A DNA stretch of 64,000 nucleotides from an uncultured virus (IMG/VR IMGVR_UViG_3300032330_000565). Its lineage: Duplodnaviria > Heunggongvirae > Uroviricota > Caudoviricetes. A program made the position numbers and the translations under genes. The notes below the pieces were generated by a model. That model did no database searches. It was not told where the DNA came from and worked only from the letters and a program-made list of their open reading frames with translations. The stretch lies in the IMG/VR virus record IMGVR_UViG_3300032330_000565. The stretch is one strand, 5' to 3'. This document shows positions 17,646 to 28,162 of this stretch, one piece after another; the first letter of the stretch is position 1; the number at the start of each line of letters is the position of its first letter.

Positions 17646-18961
17646 TGTTTAATTCTCGTGTTAACTATTTCTTTCATCATAGCTGCAACCTCAGCAGTAC
17701 TAGTATTCTTTAAAACATGATAGTTGTGATCTAATATAGACTTTACGTTGCGCTTGAAATGAAGTATCTGTTCATTATTCCAACTACCTATCTCTTTGCA
17801 TACTTCAATAATCTTCAATAATCTTAGATGACAATCTTCAATTTCATCATATGATTCATCCCAGAATTCACTGAACGTTTTAAAACCCAAATTACGCATT
17901 GATTTTAATGCACCATTGACTCCGACAATAATGAAAGGGTGTTTATCTCTAAACGGCTTGAATGATTTTTCAGTAGATGTTAAATGTGGCAAGTCCCAAT
18001 TAGTCTCAGTAACAATGCTTAGTAAACTATTTTGATAGAATTTACGTGCGTTGCCAGTTTTATCTGCACACATCTCACCTATCTCAGTCTCACCATCTAT
18101 TTCTAGTGGAAGTTTAGCTACTAGATTATTTAAATCTTCTCGTGTTAAATTATAAACATTTGTATTATCTAAATCTATAGGTGCTGAATGTATGAATTCC
18201 TGTGTTTGGAACTCTGGATCTACTTTCCCCATACTATAATAACTTCTATCCACTAGCCCCAATTTATCTAACGCAATCATTAACAATGAGCGATGCGGTC
18301 TGAATCTTCTATTCCAACATAAGAATAATTTTTCAGGAATAGTTTCAGTATCATATTCCGGCTCTGCAAAATCACCCATATGACTACTAGCAAAAGCATA
18401 TCTAGCTGAAGGATATGATATTAGATGCATCCTATGCTCAGGTGCATTTGGAATGTTGTATTTGTTACACCACTTCTCATATATATCTTCTGCGTTCATA
18501 CATCCAGTAAGATATATTATTTTGTTCATGGGTATATTATAACTACCAAAATAACCATGTATTAATTTAAGTTGGTCATCTCTTACCCAGGCTTCTGCTG
18601 CACATTCTAAAAGAAAATATCCATTTACATGCTTAACTTTATGCAGTATGTCATTTGGTGTATGTGAAAATTCTAGTAGCCCACTAGAGGGGAAGAAATA
18701 AGTTTCAAAAGGTGTTCTCCACATTAATGTGAACGGATATATAAATGGCTCATCGTTCGTAAGACCAAATGTAGAACCCAATGTAAATGCTTCTTTGTTT
18801 AAGAATATTCTCCAATATATATCGTCTGACCAATACTTATCTGATGTGTTTTTTGCACCCTCTGCTACTGCTGAAAAACACAATATGTTAGGTAACTCTG
18901 TATTGACAATAGGCCCCCTGGGTCCAATCCAACTATATACAATTTTGATAGGGTTTGTCAT
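17642..18961 (-). CDS. Putative GT-B glycosyltransferase-like protein (GT10-like TEK motif), 439 aa
   Basis: FLCWNRRFRPHR...SIVTET...STEKSFKPF...PFIIVG...LGFKTF...DESYD; island context. Confidence 0.5.
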   Translation of the reverse strand: MTNPIKIVYSWIGPRGPIVNTELPNILCFSAVAEGAKNTSDKYWSDDIYWRIFLNKEAFTLGSTFGLTNDEPFIYPFTLMWRTPFETYFFPSSGLLEFSHTPNDILHKVKHVNGYFLLECAAEAWVRDDQLKLIHGYFGSYNIPMNKIIYLTGCMNAEDIYEKWCNKYNIPNAPEHRMHLISYPSARYAFASSHMGDFAEPEYDTETIPEKLFLCWNRRFRPHRSLLMIALDKLGLVDRSYYSMGKVDPEFQTQEFIHSAPIDLDNTNVYNLTREDLNNLVAKLPLEIDGETEIGEMCADKTGNARKFYQNSLLSIVTETNWDLPHLTSTEKSFKPFRDKHPFIIVGVNGALKSMRNLGFKTFSEFWDESYDEIEDCHLRLLKIIEVCKEIGSWNNEQILHFKRNVKSILDHNYHVLKNTSTAEVAAMMKEIVNTRIKQ

Positions 18962-18963
18962 AT

Positions 18964-19926
18964 TTAAATAAATTTAGGAATGATGATATCAGTGCCACAA
19001 TGACAATGCTCTTTGGCGCAAACAATTTGTTTAGGCCCTGCACGGGAGATATCTTTCAATATATGCCCTACATTACCGCCCATGCCACAACTTGCTAAAC
19101 TCATTTCACCTGTTGGGTTAATGAAAATTGCATCGCCTACATTACATTTCCAACCTCTAAAGAAGTTATTACCGGCAACAATCACTTCATTGCTATTACA
19201 TGTTTCAGTATGACCATCATCATATTTATTATAACTAACTGTGTAATTTGTTCTTTTGTCCGGTTTAGGTTTAGATTGATGATGTTCGCTTGTACATTCA
19301 TTAATAAACTGCGTCTTTGCTGGGTCCTTGTATGTCCAAGGACCTGCGTTAACACTCATCTCATCAAACAAGGGAGTCCACTCTAAGAAGTAGTTTGGCA
19401 TTACTGTTTTTAAATGTTTGCCAAATTCTACTACTTCCCAAAATCTTTCTTCATGCAATAGCATCTTAGTGGCTAAGTAGTTTACTTTGTCGCACAAAAA
19501 TATACTGTTTTCTTCATAGCGTTGTTTATCAGCAAACTCAACGTGAAAGCTAGCAACCACATCATCAAACAAATGATGATTCTTTTCCCACCATTTCAAC
19601 GGGCGACTTAAGTTTGTGTTAACTGCTAGTGTAGCTTGGGGTAACTCATTATATAACCATTCACAGATTGGAATAAAGTTACGCCATGCTGTAGGTTCTC
19701 CACCACTAAAGAAAAACTTGAAATTCTTATATCCAACAGCTTTGTAACGATTGATAATTGTTTCCAAATTGCGTATGTATAACTCAGTATTACCATCATT
19801 GATATCAGAGCCTCCCCAGTTGCCTTGATTACAGTAACTACATTTAAAGTTACAGTAATTGTTTACTTGCCAAGTAATTGCTAGGTACGGCTCAGGAGCC
19901 TCTATAGCTATTAGCTTTCTGCCCAT
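18964..19926 (-). CDS. Radical SAM protein with a C-terminal Cys-rich (twitch-like) extension, 320 aa
   Basis: CNFKCSYC, SGGEPT, NTNLSR; C-terminal WKC...SC...IVC...HCHC. Confidence 0.9.
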   Translation of the reverse strand: MGRKLIAIEAPEPYLAITWQVNNYCNFKCSYCNQGNWGGSDINDGNTELYIRNLETIINRYKAVGYKNFKFFFSGGEPTAWRNFIPICEWLYNELPQATLAVNTNLSRPLKWWEKNHHLFDDVVASFHVEFADKQRYEENSIFLCDKVNYLATKMLLHEERFWEVVEFGKHLKTVMPNYFLEWTPLFDEMSVNAGPWTYKDPAKTQFINECTSEHHQSKPKPDKRTNYTVSYNKYDDGHTETCNSNEVIVAGNNFFRGWKCNVGDAIFINPTGEMSLASCGMGGNVGHILKDISRAGPKQIVCAKEHCHCGTDIIIPKFI

Positions 19927-21188
19927 TCGTATACCTCTTGTAATTCTGGAATGATATCAGTTAATTTTTCATTTCTGAATTCATCTAACTCATCATTAAA
20001 CTTTTTAAATTCTAATATCCCACCTTTATTTTCATTACCCACTTGCAAATTATTTACAATCATTCTGAAACCATTTGCTATATCTTGATTGATACCTTCG
20101 TATTTGTGAGAATATTTTAAATAGATTTCAGTTAATCTATTCTTAACTGGAACTGGTAATATCATAATATTTGCATACCATGGATTAGTTGCTAAATTGA
20201 ATCTAGGGCTAGATGTTTTGTCATCAATCAACCCTTCACTAACCATGTAATCAAAGAAGATATGAAAGTCAAAAATATTCCAAATACTGATTGTGGGAGT
20301 AATTTGAAACTGTGCATGAGGTACTTGTTCTCTCAATGTTTTAATGTTCTTAACAATTCTATCCCAATCAGTTCCTTTACGTATAGCTTCTGCTACATCA
20401 CCTGATGCATCTAAGCTAGCCCATACTTTGAGTTGAGGGAACTTTTTCCAGTAGCCAATCAAGTCTTTGTCTTTATATTTCAATGAACTGAAATTGGTAG
20501 TGTATGTTAACTCAACTTGGTCAGTTAATCCATTCTCAATCCAATAATCTAAACATTCATAATGCTCAGGAGTAATAATAATCTCTCCACCTGCAAAGTA
20601 AACTTCTAATACATCTTTCAAATATGGCTTTAGTTTATTCATAAAGCCCATTTCTTCTGCTGAGTTGATTACAATTTTTCTAGTTTTGAAGTATTCTTCA
20701 TACACATCTACTCCGCGTTCATCTACAAATTCCTGTGACCAAAGACTACTACAGCCGGGGCCACAGCTACGGCATTTCATGTTACACATATTGCTAAATC
20801 GCAAATCCATATATTTCATTTGGAACTCAGATAATGTACCGTCATTTTCTGTATTTTTTGCAATCATATCTACGTACTCAAGACCTCTACGCTTATTATG
20901 ACTTTGGCGCATAGTCCATGTGCCCATTAACTCTAAGTCATAGCAACGTTTGCAAGCTGCGACCGGTTCATCAACTAGCATTTTTTCACGTATCTTTTTA
21001 AAATCTTCACTATTCATCATTTGAATAATAGATTCATTGTTTTTAATGTCAGCAACAGGCATGTTGCTATCTGCAACACAACAAGGCATTACTCTGCCGT
21101 CGGGCCATGAATGGAAATGCACCCAGGGTAATACACAAAAGTGTTTACCATGTTTAACTAAGTTCTCTATTACGATTGGTTCTTGCAT
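19911..21188 (-). CDS. N-terminal twitch-domain radical SAM protein, 425 aa
   Basis: FCVLPWVH...PCC...CKRCY, then DLRFSNMCNMKCRSC, YFAGGE, YTTN. Confidence 0.9.
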   Translation of the reverse strand: MQEPIVIENLVKHGKHFCVLPWVHFHSWPDGRVMPCCVADSNMPVADIKNNESIIQMMNSEDFKKIREKMLVDEPVAACKRCYDLELMGTWTMRQSHNKRRGLEYVDMIAKNTENDGTLSEFQMKYMDLRFSNMCNMKCRSCGPGCSSLWSQEFVDERGVDVYEEYFKTRKIVINSAEEMGFMNKLKPYLKDVLEVYFAGGEIIITPEHYECLDYWIENGLTDQVELTYTTNFSSLKYKDKDLIGYWKKFPQLKVWASLDASGDVAEAIRKGTDWDRIVKNIKTLREQVPHAQFQITPTISIWNIFDFHIFFDYMVSEGLIDDKTSSPRFNLATNPWYANIMILPVPVKNRLTEIYLKYSHKYEGINQDIANGFRMIVNNLQVGNENKGGILEFKKFNDELDEFRNEKLTDIIPELQEVYEWAES

Positions 21189-21190
21189 TG

Positions 21191-22417
21191 TTACTCCATT
21201 AAGTCTTGTAATTTATTTAATTCAGGGAACGTTTTCCAGAAACTTTCATTACGTATTCTATCACCCGACCCAGTGTGCATCATAAATGTTTCTTTATTGT
21301 CAGCCCAAGTATCAGACTCTTTAGCAAAGTTTACTGCATCAGTTACTAGTCGTGAAAGTGATGTACTGTCACCTTCATTGTTCTGCGCCCAAGCTAGTGC
21401 TTTACTTGCTGCTTCAACTTTTAACTCTTTAGGCAAACTCTTACCACTATAATAGCTGGGATGTACTGCTAGGTACAAGCTATGATACCAATCATCTCTA
21501 CGAATAATACCCTTACTCTTTAGATAAGAATAAAATTCTCCAATCGTTGAGTAATTGAATATTGAAAATACTGTGTTCATTTGGAATGAAACATAATCTA
21601 GTTCACGGAATTTTAATAGATTACTTTCAACTAATCCCCAATCAGTACCGTGACGTAACCATTCAGCACGTTCACCATAATGGTCAATACTACAACTTAA
21701 CTCAATCTTCTTAAAGTGTTTCCACATGTCTAATAAATCGTAGTCTTTAAACTTGATGTTGCTAGCATTTGTATTGTAACGTAGTGTAATGTCAGTACGA
21801 CCTTTACGAATCATTTCTTCCAACATTAAGTAATGTTCTTCTGTTAGTGTAGGTTCGCCGCCAGCAAAGTAAGCTAAGTCAATATGTTCAACTTGGTCTA
21901 ATACTTCACGTAATAAATTGCCCTTTTCGTCAGCATGAATTACGATAGGATGTTTTGGGTCATGATTGGCTCTCATCTCCGCACCCCATTGACTACTGAA
22001 TTCACTTCCACATGTTCTGCATTTGAAGTTGCATATGTTACTGAAACGAATGTCAAAGTAATGCATTTTAAATTCAGGGACAGTTCCATCTTCTGTTGTT
22101 GTAGGAACAACTGAGTCAAAGTGTTTACCAAAGTGTTCTTTGCTATAGTTTCTAAAACTATGCGGACCTGCTTCTTCGTGCTTGTAGCAGAAGTTGCATA
22201 TCTTGTTTGGTTTGTCAGCTAACATATCCAAACGTAATTGCTTCATATGTTCGTTGTTGAATGCTTCTTTAAGACTAGTTTGTTTAGTATTACCAAAAGG
22301 TACTGTATAATCATTACTACAGCAGGGATAGATATCTCCTTTTGGGGTCACATTTAAGTGTACCCAAGGAAACATACAGAAAGTTTTACTTTCATTTAAT
22401 AGATATTCTTTATTCAT
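21191..22417 (-). CDS. N-terminal twitch-domain radical SAM protein, 408 aa
   Basis: FCMFPWVH...PCC...CNFCY; DIRFSNICNFKCRTC; YFAGGEP; YNTN. Confidence 0.9.
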   Translation of the reverse strand: MNKEYLLNESKTFCMFPWVHLNVTPKGDIYPCCSNDYTVPFGNTKQTSLKEAFNNEHMKQLRLDMLADKPNKICNFCYKHEEAGPHSFRNYSKEHFGKHFDSVVPTTTEDGTVPEFKMHYFDIRFSNICNFKCRTCGSEFSSQWGAEMRANHDPKHPIVIHADEKGNLLREVLDQVEHIDLAYFAGGEPTLTEEHYLMLEEMIRKGRTDITLRYNTNASNIKFKDYDLLDMWKHFKKIELSCSIDHYGERAEWLRHGTDWGLVESNLLKFRELDYVSFQMNTVFSIFNYSTIGEFYSYLKSKGIIRRDDWYHSLYLAVHPSYYSGKSLPKELKVEAASKALAWAQNNEGDSTSLSRLVTDAVNFAKESDTWADNKETFMMHTGSGDRIRNESFWKTFPELNKLQDLME

Positions 22418-23643
22418 AGTAATCCTGCTAGTTCCGGGAATGTCTTACTGAAATCTTCTCCGCGTAAGTTATCCAAACGTTTTATTTCACTTCTAAATTT
22501 ATCTTTTTGTTCTTCCCAAGTATTTTTAGAAAACAACCAGTTCAACGATTGTTCGGGTTGTGTTAGATGCTTATCTTTAAATTTATTATCATTTAAAATT
22601 TTAATATATTTTTCCAAACTTTCTTTACCTTTTAATTTATATTCATCCGGTAATATATGACCTGAAAGATGCACAGGATCAGACATATTATACATAGAAT
22701 AAACATGGTCTGTTGGAATATACAAATGTTTATCAATTAAATATTGGTAAAACTCGTGAATAGTTAATAAATTAAACACACTTAAAACAGTATTCATAGT
22801 TAAGTTTACATATGGAGTTTTCTTTACGGCAGCAAAATTTTCTTCTACAGTTGACCAATTTGTTCCATGCCTTATATATTCAGCACGTTCACCGTAGTGG
22901 TCAATACTAGCAGAGACTTGAATTCTATGTTGGAAATGTTTCCATAAACTAAGTAAATCTTTATCTTTGAATTTTAAGTTACTAAGGTTGGTATTATACC
23001 TTAATTGGATATCAGTGCGTTTTTGCTTTATCATTTCCTCTAATAAGATATAGTGTTCTTCAGTAATTAAAGGCTCACCACCTGCAAAATATGCAGTATC
23101 CATAAATTGAATTTGATCTACTACTTCCTGTAAAAATTTTGGATTGTCATTTTTTGGAATAATTCTAGCATATGATACTTTGCTTTTTATATCTTCTTGT
23201 TCCCATTGTGTACTAAATTCAGAACCACACGATCTACATTTAAAATTGCAAATATTACTGAAACGGATATCAAAGTATTTCATTTTGAATTGAGTTACTT
23301 CCCCTTCACTAGTTGTATTACTCAATGCTTCTTCATAATAATCATTATATTTTGAATTTGTATCTTGGCGAAAACTCTTAACATCTACTTGTTCTTGGTC
23401 ATAGCATTTAGTACATTCAGCATTACTAACTTCATTAACCATATCTACTCGTAATTGTTTCATTTTCTCACTGTTTACAAGTTCCATAAATGATTGCGTT
23501 TTTGCATTACCCATGCCATTGACGGTTGAAGCAGATTCTGATATACAACAAGGTGCAGCAACACCCAATGGAGAAGTATGTAGATGTACCCATGGAATCA
23601 TGCAAAATGTTTTGCTTTTAGTTAGATGATATTCTTTGTTCAT
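22414..23643 (-). CDS. N-terminal twitch-domain radical SAM protein of about 409 aa; close paralog of 21191-22417
   Basis: FCMIPWVH...PCC...CTKCY; DIRFSNICNFKCRSC; YFAGGEP. Start moved to MNKEY (ATGA overlap, matches the paralog N-terminus). Confidence 0.9.
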   Translation of the reverse strand: MNKEYHLTKSKTFCMIPWVHLHTSPLGVAAPCCISESASTVNGMGNAKTQSFMELVNSEKMKQLRVDMVNEVSNAECTKCYDQEQVDVKSFRQDTNSKYNDYYEEALSNTTSEGEVTQFKMKYFDIRFSNICNFKCRSCGSEFSTQWEQEDIKSKVSYARIIPKNDNPKFLQEVVDQIQFMDTAYFAGGEPLITEEHYILLEEMIKQKRTDIQLRYNTNLSNLKFKDKDLLSLWKHFQHRIQVSASIDHYGERAEYIRHGTNWSTVEENFAAVKKTPYVNLTMNTVLSVFNLLTIHEFYQYLIDKHLYIPTDHVYSMYNMSDPVHLSGHILPDEYKLKGKESLEKYIKILNDNKFKDKHLTQPEQSLNWLFSKNTWEEQKDKFRSEIKRLDNLRGEDFSKTFPELAGLL

Positions 23644-25034
23644 AACGGATTTAGTTGGTTTGCTTCTTGACACAATCTATAGAATCCCATATATTCTGGG
23701 AATATAGATAACATGTCAGTGTCTCTACGTTCATCTAATTCATTGAACCAATTGTAGAAATCTCTGCGACCTACTATTAGTTTGGTTTCAGGATAAACTG
23801 TTTCTGCCATGTAATCTACTACCCGTTTGAACTTTTCATATTCAACCGTAGTAAACTTATTACTAGCGTTGTCATCAACATTGTCTAGCATAAACTTCAA
23901 TGCATCGTGCATATAGGGCATAAATTCTTCTTTGGGTAGAATGTTCATATCATACTGCAATGGGTCACGCAAGTATGGAGTATCAAAACGAACACGATGA
24001 CTCTTGATATCATCATACCATCCATACTGCTCACGCCATTCTAAGAATTTAGCCAAATACTCTTTAAATGTAGTTACACTAAAAATATTGAACGTAATCA
24101 TAAATGTTATTGGGCTATTTGTACGTTGTAAGTATGTGTGAAAATTCTTTTCCCACAACTCCAAGTCTAACCCAGTACGAATATATTCAGCACGAGGTCC
24201 CCATGTATCTAAACTAGTAAACAATTTAAATGCACGAATTTTCCCATCATCACATAGTTGTTTAACACTATCGCTTAACTTCTCAACCAATGCAGTCTTA
24301 GTGCCCAAGTTACTGTTGATGTTTAACTCTAACCAAGGCATAGGATCGTTATCAATTTCTTTCAATAACTTCCATGTGCTAGTGTGCATAGTTGGTTCGC
24401 CACCTGTTACACGCATAATGTTTAATGTTTTGCGTAGTTCGGGCCACCATTGCCAAAATGCATCAACGTAAGGATTATCTTCTTCACGCTGATATAATTT
24501 CATCCAATCAACATCACACCGATGGTTCTTTACTGTTGTAACAGGACCATTTACTTTGATTTCATTGTAGAAGCTAGTGCTATACTTTGGATGACAATAA
24601 CCGCACTTGAAGTTACATTCGTTACCGAAGTTAATCTCTAAGTATTCTGGATTGATGTTTTGGTCCCATGGACCCTTAACAGTTTGTTCGTATCGTTCTT
24701 CTGTAAAAATACTAGCATTACGAATATGACGGTCGCTGATGTAGTCTGGACCCATTGCTTCAATGTTCCAGCAATATTGACAACCAGTTGGCTTACCACC
24801 AGCAAGCATTAATTTGCGTTCTTCTTTTTTCTCTTGTGTATTGTGCAATGCTGAAGGATTATCCTTCAATTCAACTAGAGGAATCTTATGCGGCTTTGGG
24901 TGATAACAACTATGTGTCTCACCTGTTTGCAAGTACATAGTTACATGATGCCATTTAGCAAGACAGAATGTAGGACCTACTTCATTCTCAATCTTTATTT
25001 TAATGTCTTGAATTCTTTGGTGTTCACTACTCAT
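23640..25034 (-). CDS. N-terminal twitch-like radical SAM protein, about 464 aa
   Basis: FCLAKW...HSCYHP...GCQYCW; FGNECNFKCGYC; TGGEPT; INSN. Start placed at the TAATG overlap. Confidence 0.88.
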   Translation of the reverse strand: MSSEHQRIQDIKIKIENEVGPTFCLAKWHHVTMYLQTGETHSCYHPKPHKIPLVELKDNPSALHNTQEKKEERKLMLAGGKPTGCQYCWNIEAMGPDYISDRHIRNASIFTEERYEQTVKGPWDQNINPEYLEINFGNECNFKCGYCHPKYSTSFYNEIKVNGPVTTVKNHRCDVDWMKLYQREEDNPYVDAFWQWWPELRKTLNIMRVTGGEPTMHTSTWKLLKEIDNDPMPWLELNINSNLGTKTALVEKLSDSVKQLCDDGKIRAFKLFTSLDTWGPRAEYIRTGLDLELWEKNFHTYLQRTNSPITFMITFNIFSVTTFKEYLAKFLEWREQYGWYDDIKSHRVRFDTPYLRDPLQYDMNILPKEEFMPYMHDALKFMLDNVDDNASNKFTTVEYEKFKRVVDYMAETVYPETKLIVGRRDFYNWFNELDERRDTDMLSIFPEYMGFYRLCQEANQLNPL

Positions 25035-25987
25035 TACCATCCTTCGATTCTGCGAATAACATCCATCTCAGTTACGAGTGGACCTAAATTATATTTGTCA
25101 GCATTGTAGTGACGTTTAAAAAACTTACTTTGTTCTGATGTATGCATACACATAGGTAGACCTAACTTAGCACTTAAATCATCTCCGTGCTTTTTAATCA
25201 AGTATAAAGGATCTTCGTTTTTAACTGATTCCCACATCTCAATATAGTTATCAAACCATTGCACGTTTGCATGGTCCCAGTCAGTAAGCATTGTCATATA
25301 TGTTCCCATACGAGCACCCATGATCGCCCATTCACCGTTCTCTACATCACATCCGATATTGTGCCAAATAGTTAAGTTGTTTAGATTACGACTAGCAACA
25401 GTTTCTTTAAAGGTATCGATATCCGGCTTTGCCCCTCTATCAAGAACCATTTTTACTCCTTCTCGGAATCCAGCACGCCACGCTTGAAACGGAGTATAAT
25501 TAGGATAAGTAGTAGAATAGCAGTCATGCATTGCCCAGTATAAATTATCTTTGCTGTCCATACAGAAATCAGCAATACGGCTTACATCACCGTCTGTTTG
25601 ATTTTCATGTGTTTTCATATTGGCAACATAAATTTTTGTCCAACTACTCATGCCACCGTTGCCATAACGCAATCCGTTAATAGAGTTTATTGCTTTCCAA
25701 CGAAATTGTGCCAATTGAAACTTAGGGTCTTTACCATTGAAGTCTAATTGCATGTTGAAGAAACTTTCTTCAGGCATATTATCACCGTCAATTAGAATGA
25801 AACGTTCTGTGTCGCTTGCTTCACCTGCTGCTTTATGTGCCGCATCAGAGCCTTTAACGCTGTCTACACGTTTAGCCCAAGGTATCATATTCTTTATCTT
25901 AAGCCAAAATTCTTCTTTCTGCGGTTCATCATAACTAAGGTAGATACAATCTAAATCTGCCACATCAATGATGTTATTTGAGTTCAT
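25034..25987 (-). CDS. Glycosyltransferase-like protein (GT-A, DxD motif), 317 aa
   Basis: DCIYLSYDEP; AAHKAA; FILIDGDN; NGLRYGNGG; AWRAGFREGVKM. Confidence 0.7.
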   Translation of the reverse strand: MNSNNIIDVADLDCIYLSYDEPQKEEFWLKIKNMIPWAKRVDSVKGSDAAHKAAGEASDTERFILIDGDNMPEESFFNMQLDFNGKDPKFQLAQFRWKAINSINGLRYGNGGMSSWTKIYVANMKTHENQTDGDVSRIADFCMDSKDNLYWAMHDCYSTTYPNYTPFQAWRAGFREGVKMVLDRGAKPDIDTFKETVASRNLNNLTIWHNIGCDVENGEWAIMGARMGTYMTMLTDWDHANVQWFDNYIEMWESVKNEDPLYLIKKHGDDLSAKLGLPMCMHTSEQSKFFKRHYNADKYNLGPLVTEMDVIRRIEGW

Positions 25988-26324
25988 ATAGATTTATTTT
26001 CCATTTTGTGTGTTCTTCTGATTCATCAACTATGATGCTAATATCATCTGGATGACAACATACACCTTCAACATTATCTGGCATCAACTTTTCTACAATC
26101 GCATTAGGAGCCATAGTTGAAATTTTTCCATCAATGACCCTAACATCAGGACGACCTTCAGAGAAGGTATGTGAATCAATTACGATATAATTGTCACCCT
26201 CTACGGATTTGTCCCCGCAATAACAAATGACCTTACCTTCAATGTCGTAGTAGAGTCTTAACTCAGGTGGTTCTAGTTTGGGTGCTTCCCATAGAATAAC
26301 ATAATCTTCTTCGGAATTATTCAT
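25974..26324 (-). CDS. Hypothetical protein, 116 aa
   Basis: Overlaps both neighbours in the operon; no recognised motif. Confidence 0.75.
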   Translation of the reverse strand: MNNSEEDYVILWEAPKLEPPELRLYYDIEGKVICYCGDKSVEGDNYIVIDSHTFSEGRPDVRVIDGKISTMAPNAIVEKLMPDNVEGVCCHPDDISIIVDESEEHTKWKINLYELK

Positions 26325-27061
26325 ACTTTAATTTTATCACAAAAGGATTTCACATGATAGTGAAAAGGGTACTGCTGGGGTATAGTCTGAATTCTAATTT
26401 GATCAGGTAAGCATTCATATATCAATGAATCTGTCCAATCTTCAGTTGGAATCATATTTATATGTTGTTTCATATGCACTATACTCATCTCAGTAAATGA
26501 GGGTAACATAGTTTTTTCTATGCCCATAATATGACACGCAATAGAGTATACCCAGTCAGTAGAAGCTAGTTCTTGGGGATTACATTTTAATATCTTTTTG
26601 TATTCTTCCCAATTTTCAAAGATATCTTTAACTATATTAAAGAAGTCTTGTGCTGTATCGGATTTCTTAAAATAAGTTATAGCATTGTAAACGTCTGGTA
26701 ATTTGTTGTCATCAACAAATCTACGATAGAATCTTATATCAGATATCTCTTGTTTAAAGTTTCTGATGGTACTTGATACAACTATATCTCTATCTTTAAG
26801 CACATCCCACCAATGGTCAATACTTCTTGGAATATACATATCAGCTTCTAGTTTGATTGTATAATCATATGGACTAGCCTGATATACTTGCCAATCATTC
26901 GCAAAGCCACCCAAATCGCCGTGTGGTAACATATCAGTTGTAATGATAGTTACATTAGCGTCGGGCATTACTTTTAATATACTGTTACGTAATGTTTCAG
27001 CACATTTAGTATAACTTGTTTTCTCAGTATCCTGAGCCATTATTACAAAACCTTTATTCAC
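26321..27061 (-). CDS. GT8/GT71-like glycosyltransferase, 246 aa (ExD variant)
   Basis: GFVIMA; SPYDYTIKLEAD; YNAITYFKK; STDWVYSIA; FHYH. Confidence 0.65.
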   Translation of the reverse strand: MNKGFVIMAQDTEKTSYTKCAETLRNSILKVMPDANVTIITTDMLPHGDLGGFANDWQVYQASPYDYTIKLEADMYIPRSIDHWWDVLKDRDIVVSSTIRNFKQEISDIRFYRRFVDDNKLPDVYNAITYFKKSDTAQDFFNIVKDIFENWEEYKKILKCNPQELASTDWVYSIACHIMGIEKTMLPSFTEMSIVHMKQHINMIPTEDWTDSLIYECLPDQIRIQTIPQQYPFHYHVKSFCDKIKV

Positions 27062-27860
27062 TTATCAGCTCCATAAAGTTTTCTTTTATCATAACATGAA
27101 AATCTGTATCCTTGATAGTGATATATTCTTTCCGAATCTTACCTCTAGTCCAGTTGTCAAACATTACAGTATATTCTGTGTTAAATTCATCATTTGTGTT
27201 TTTATGCACCATTGTTTTATTACCTATGTGCAGTAAATTCCACGGGATAATATCTTCCTTAGGCATAGTGTGTCCATTTACCATTCTTGTTGCTAATGTT
27301 AAACCATAATCATTGCGAAAAGTAGATGATATAAACCCATGTATATTTGCATAGTGACGGAAATTCTGTTGAATCATTTCTAAACTATTGAATATTTGTT
27401 CTACTCTTTTTGTTTTCTTAAAGGTTACAGCAGTGGCCCAAAGTGTATTAAATCCATTTGCGCTTAAAGATTCTTGACCTGCATTTGGATACATCAAATA
27501 ACTAGTTGTATCATGGCAGCAAAAATCAGTAGGTAAATCAAATGTCTTTAATAGTTTGTTTGAGTTAACCATGTAATCTGTATCTAACAAGATAGTTTCA
27601 TCATATGGACTCAAGTTAAAAGCACGATATCTACCCTTGTTATACCATAGACCCCAATCTCTTTTGTTGGTTTTATCTGCATCAGTTATAACAACGTTAT
27701 CAAACGTGTATAGTTGTTGTTTAGGTAGTGATTCACTATCCGTTACTAATGTAACAGGTAGACCCAAAAAGTGATTAATACGTTTAGCAGTTGCTACTGC
27801 CATTTCATAGTAATTATATTTTGGGCTGTTAAATGCGAAAAGTAGTGCCCCTTTGCTCAT
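27054..27860 (-). CDS. GT8/GT71-like glycosyltransferase, 268 aa
   Basis: GALLFA; LSPYDETILLDTD (DxD); WATAVTFKK; FRNDYG; paralog of the downstream gene. Confidence 0.7.
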   Translation of the reverse strand: MSKGALLFAFNSPKYNYYEMAVATAKRINHFLGLPVTLVTDSESLPKQQLYTFDNVVITDADKTNKRDWGLWYNKGRYRAFNLSPYDETILLDTDYMVNSNKLLKTFDLPTDFCCHDTTSYLMYPNAGQESLSANGFNTLWATAVTFKKTKRVEQIFNSLEMIQQNFRHYANIHGFISSTFRNDYGLTLATRMVNGHTMPKEDIIPWNLLHIGNKTMVHKNTNDEFNTEYTVMFDNWTRGKIRKEYITIKDTDFHVMIKENFMELISE

Positions 27861-28162
27861 CTTTTCTTCTCTAGTTCAACCCATTCGCTATACCATTCTT
27901 CCATTGCATTCTTATATGTATCGGCAAGTTTATGCAGTAAGTTAATTCTATTAACCTTGACTGGATTGTTAAAAGTATCTATTAGTATTAATTGTTCATC
28001 AGTAGATGCGTTTAAAAAATTAATGGTTTCTAGATTGGCTCTCCAAAGCCCGGACTGGTCAGCTACGATAAATTTACTATCGTACTTGTCTTTAAGATAT
28101 GCTTTGGCTGAGTTATGATTGAAGCGGGCTTTGGCTTCGGTGATTAATGTCTTTGTATCCAT
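27857..28162 (-). CDS. Hypothetical protein, 101 aa; first gene of the glycan island
   Basis: GGAG SD, ATG and coupling to the downstream GT gene. Confidence 0.8.
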   Translation of the reverse strand: MDTKTLITEAKARFNHNSAKAYLKDKYDSKFIVADQSGLWRANLETINFLNASTDEQLILIDTFNNPVKVNRINLLHKLADTYKNAMEEWYSEWVELEKKR

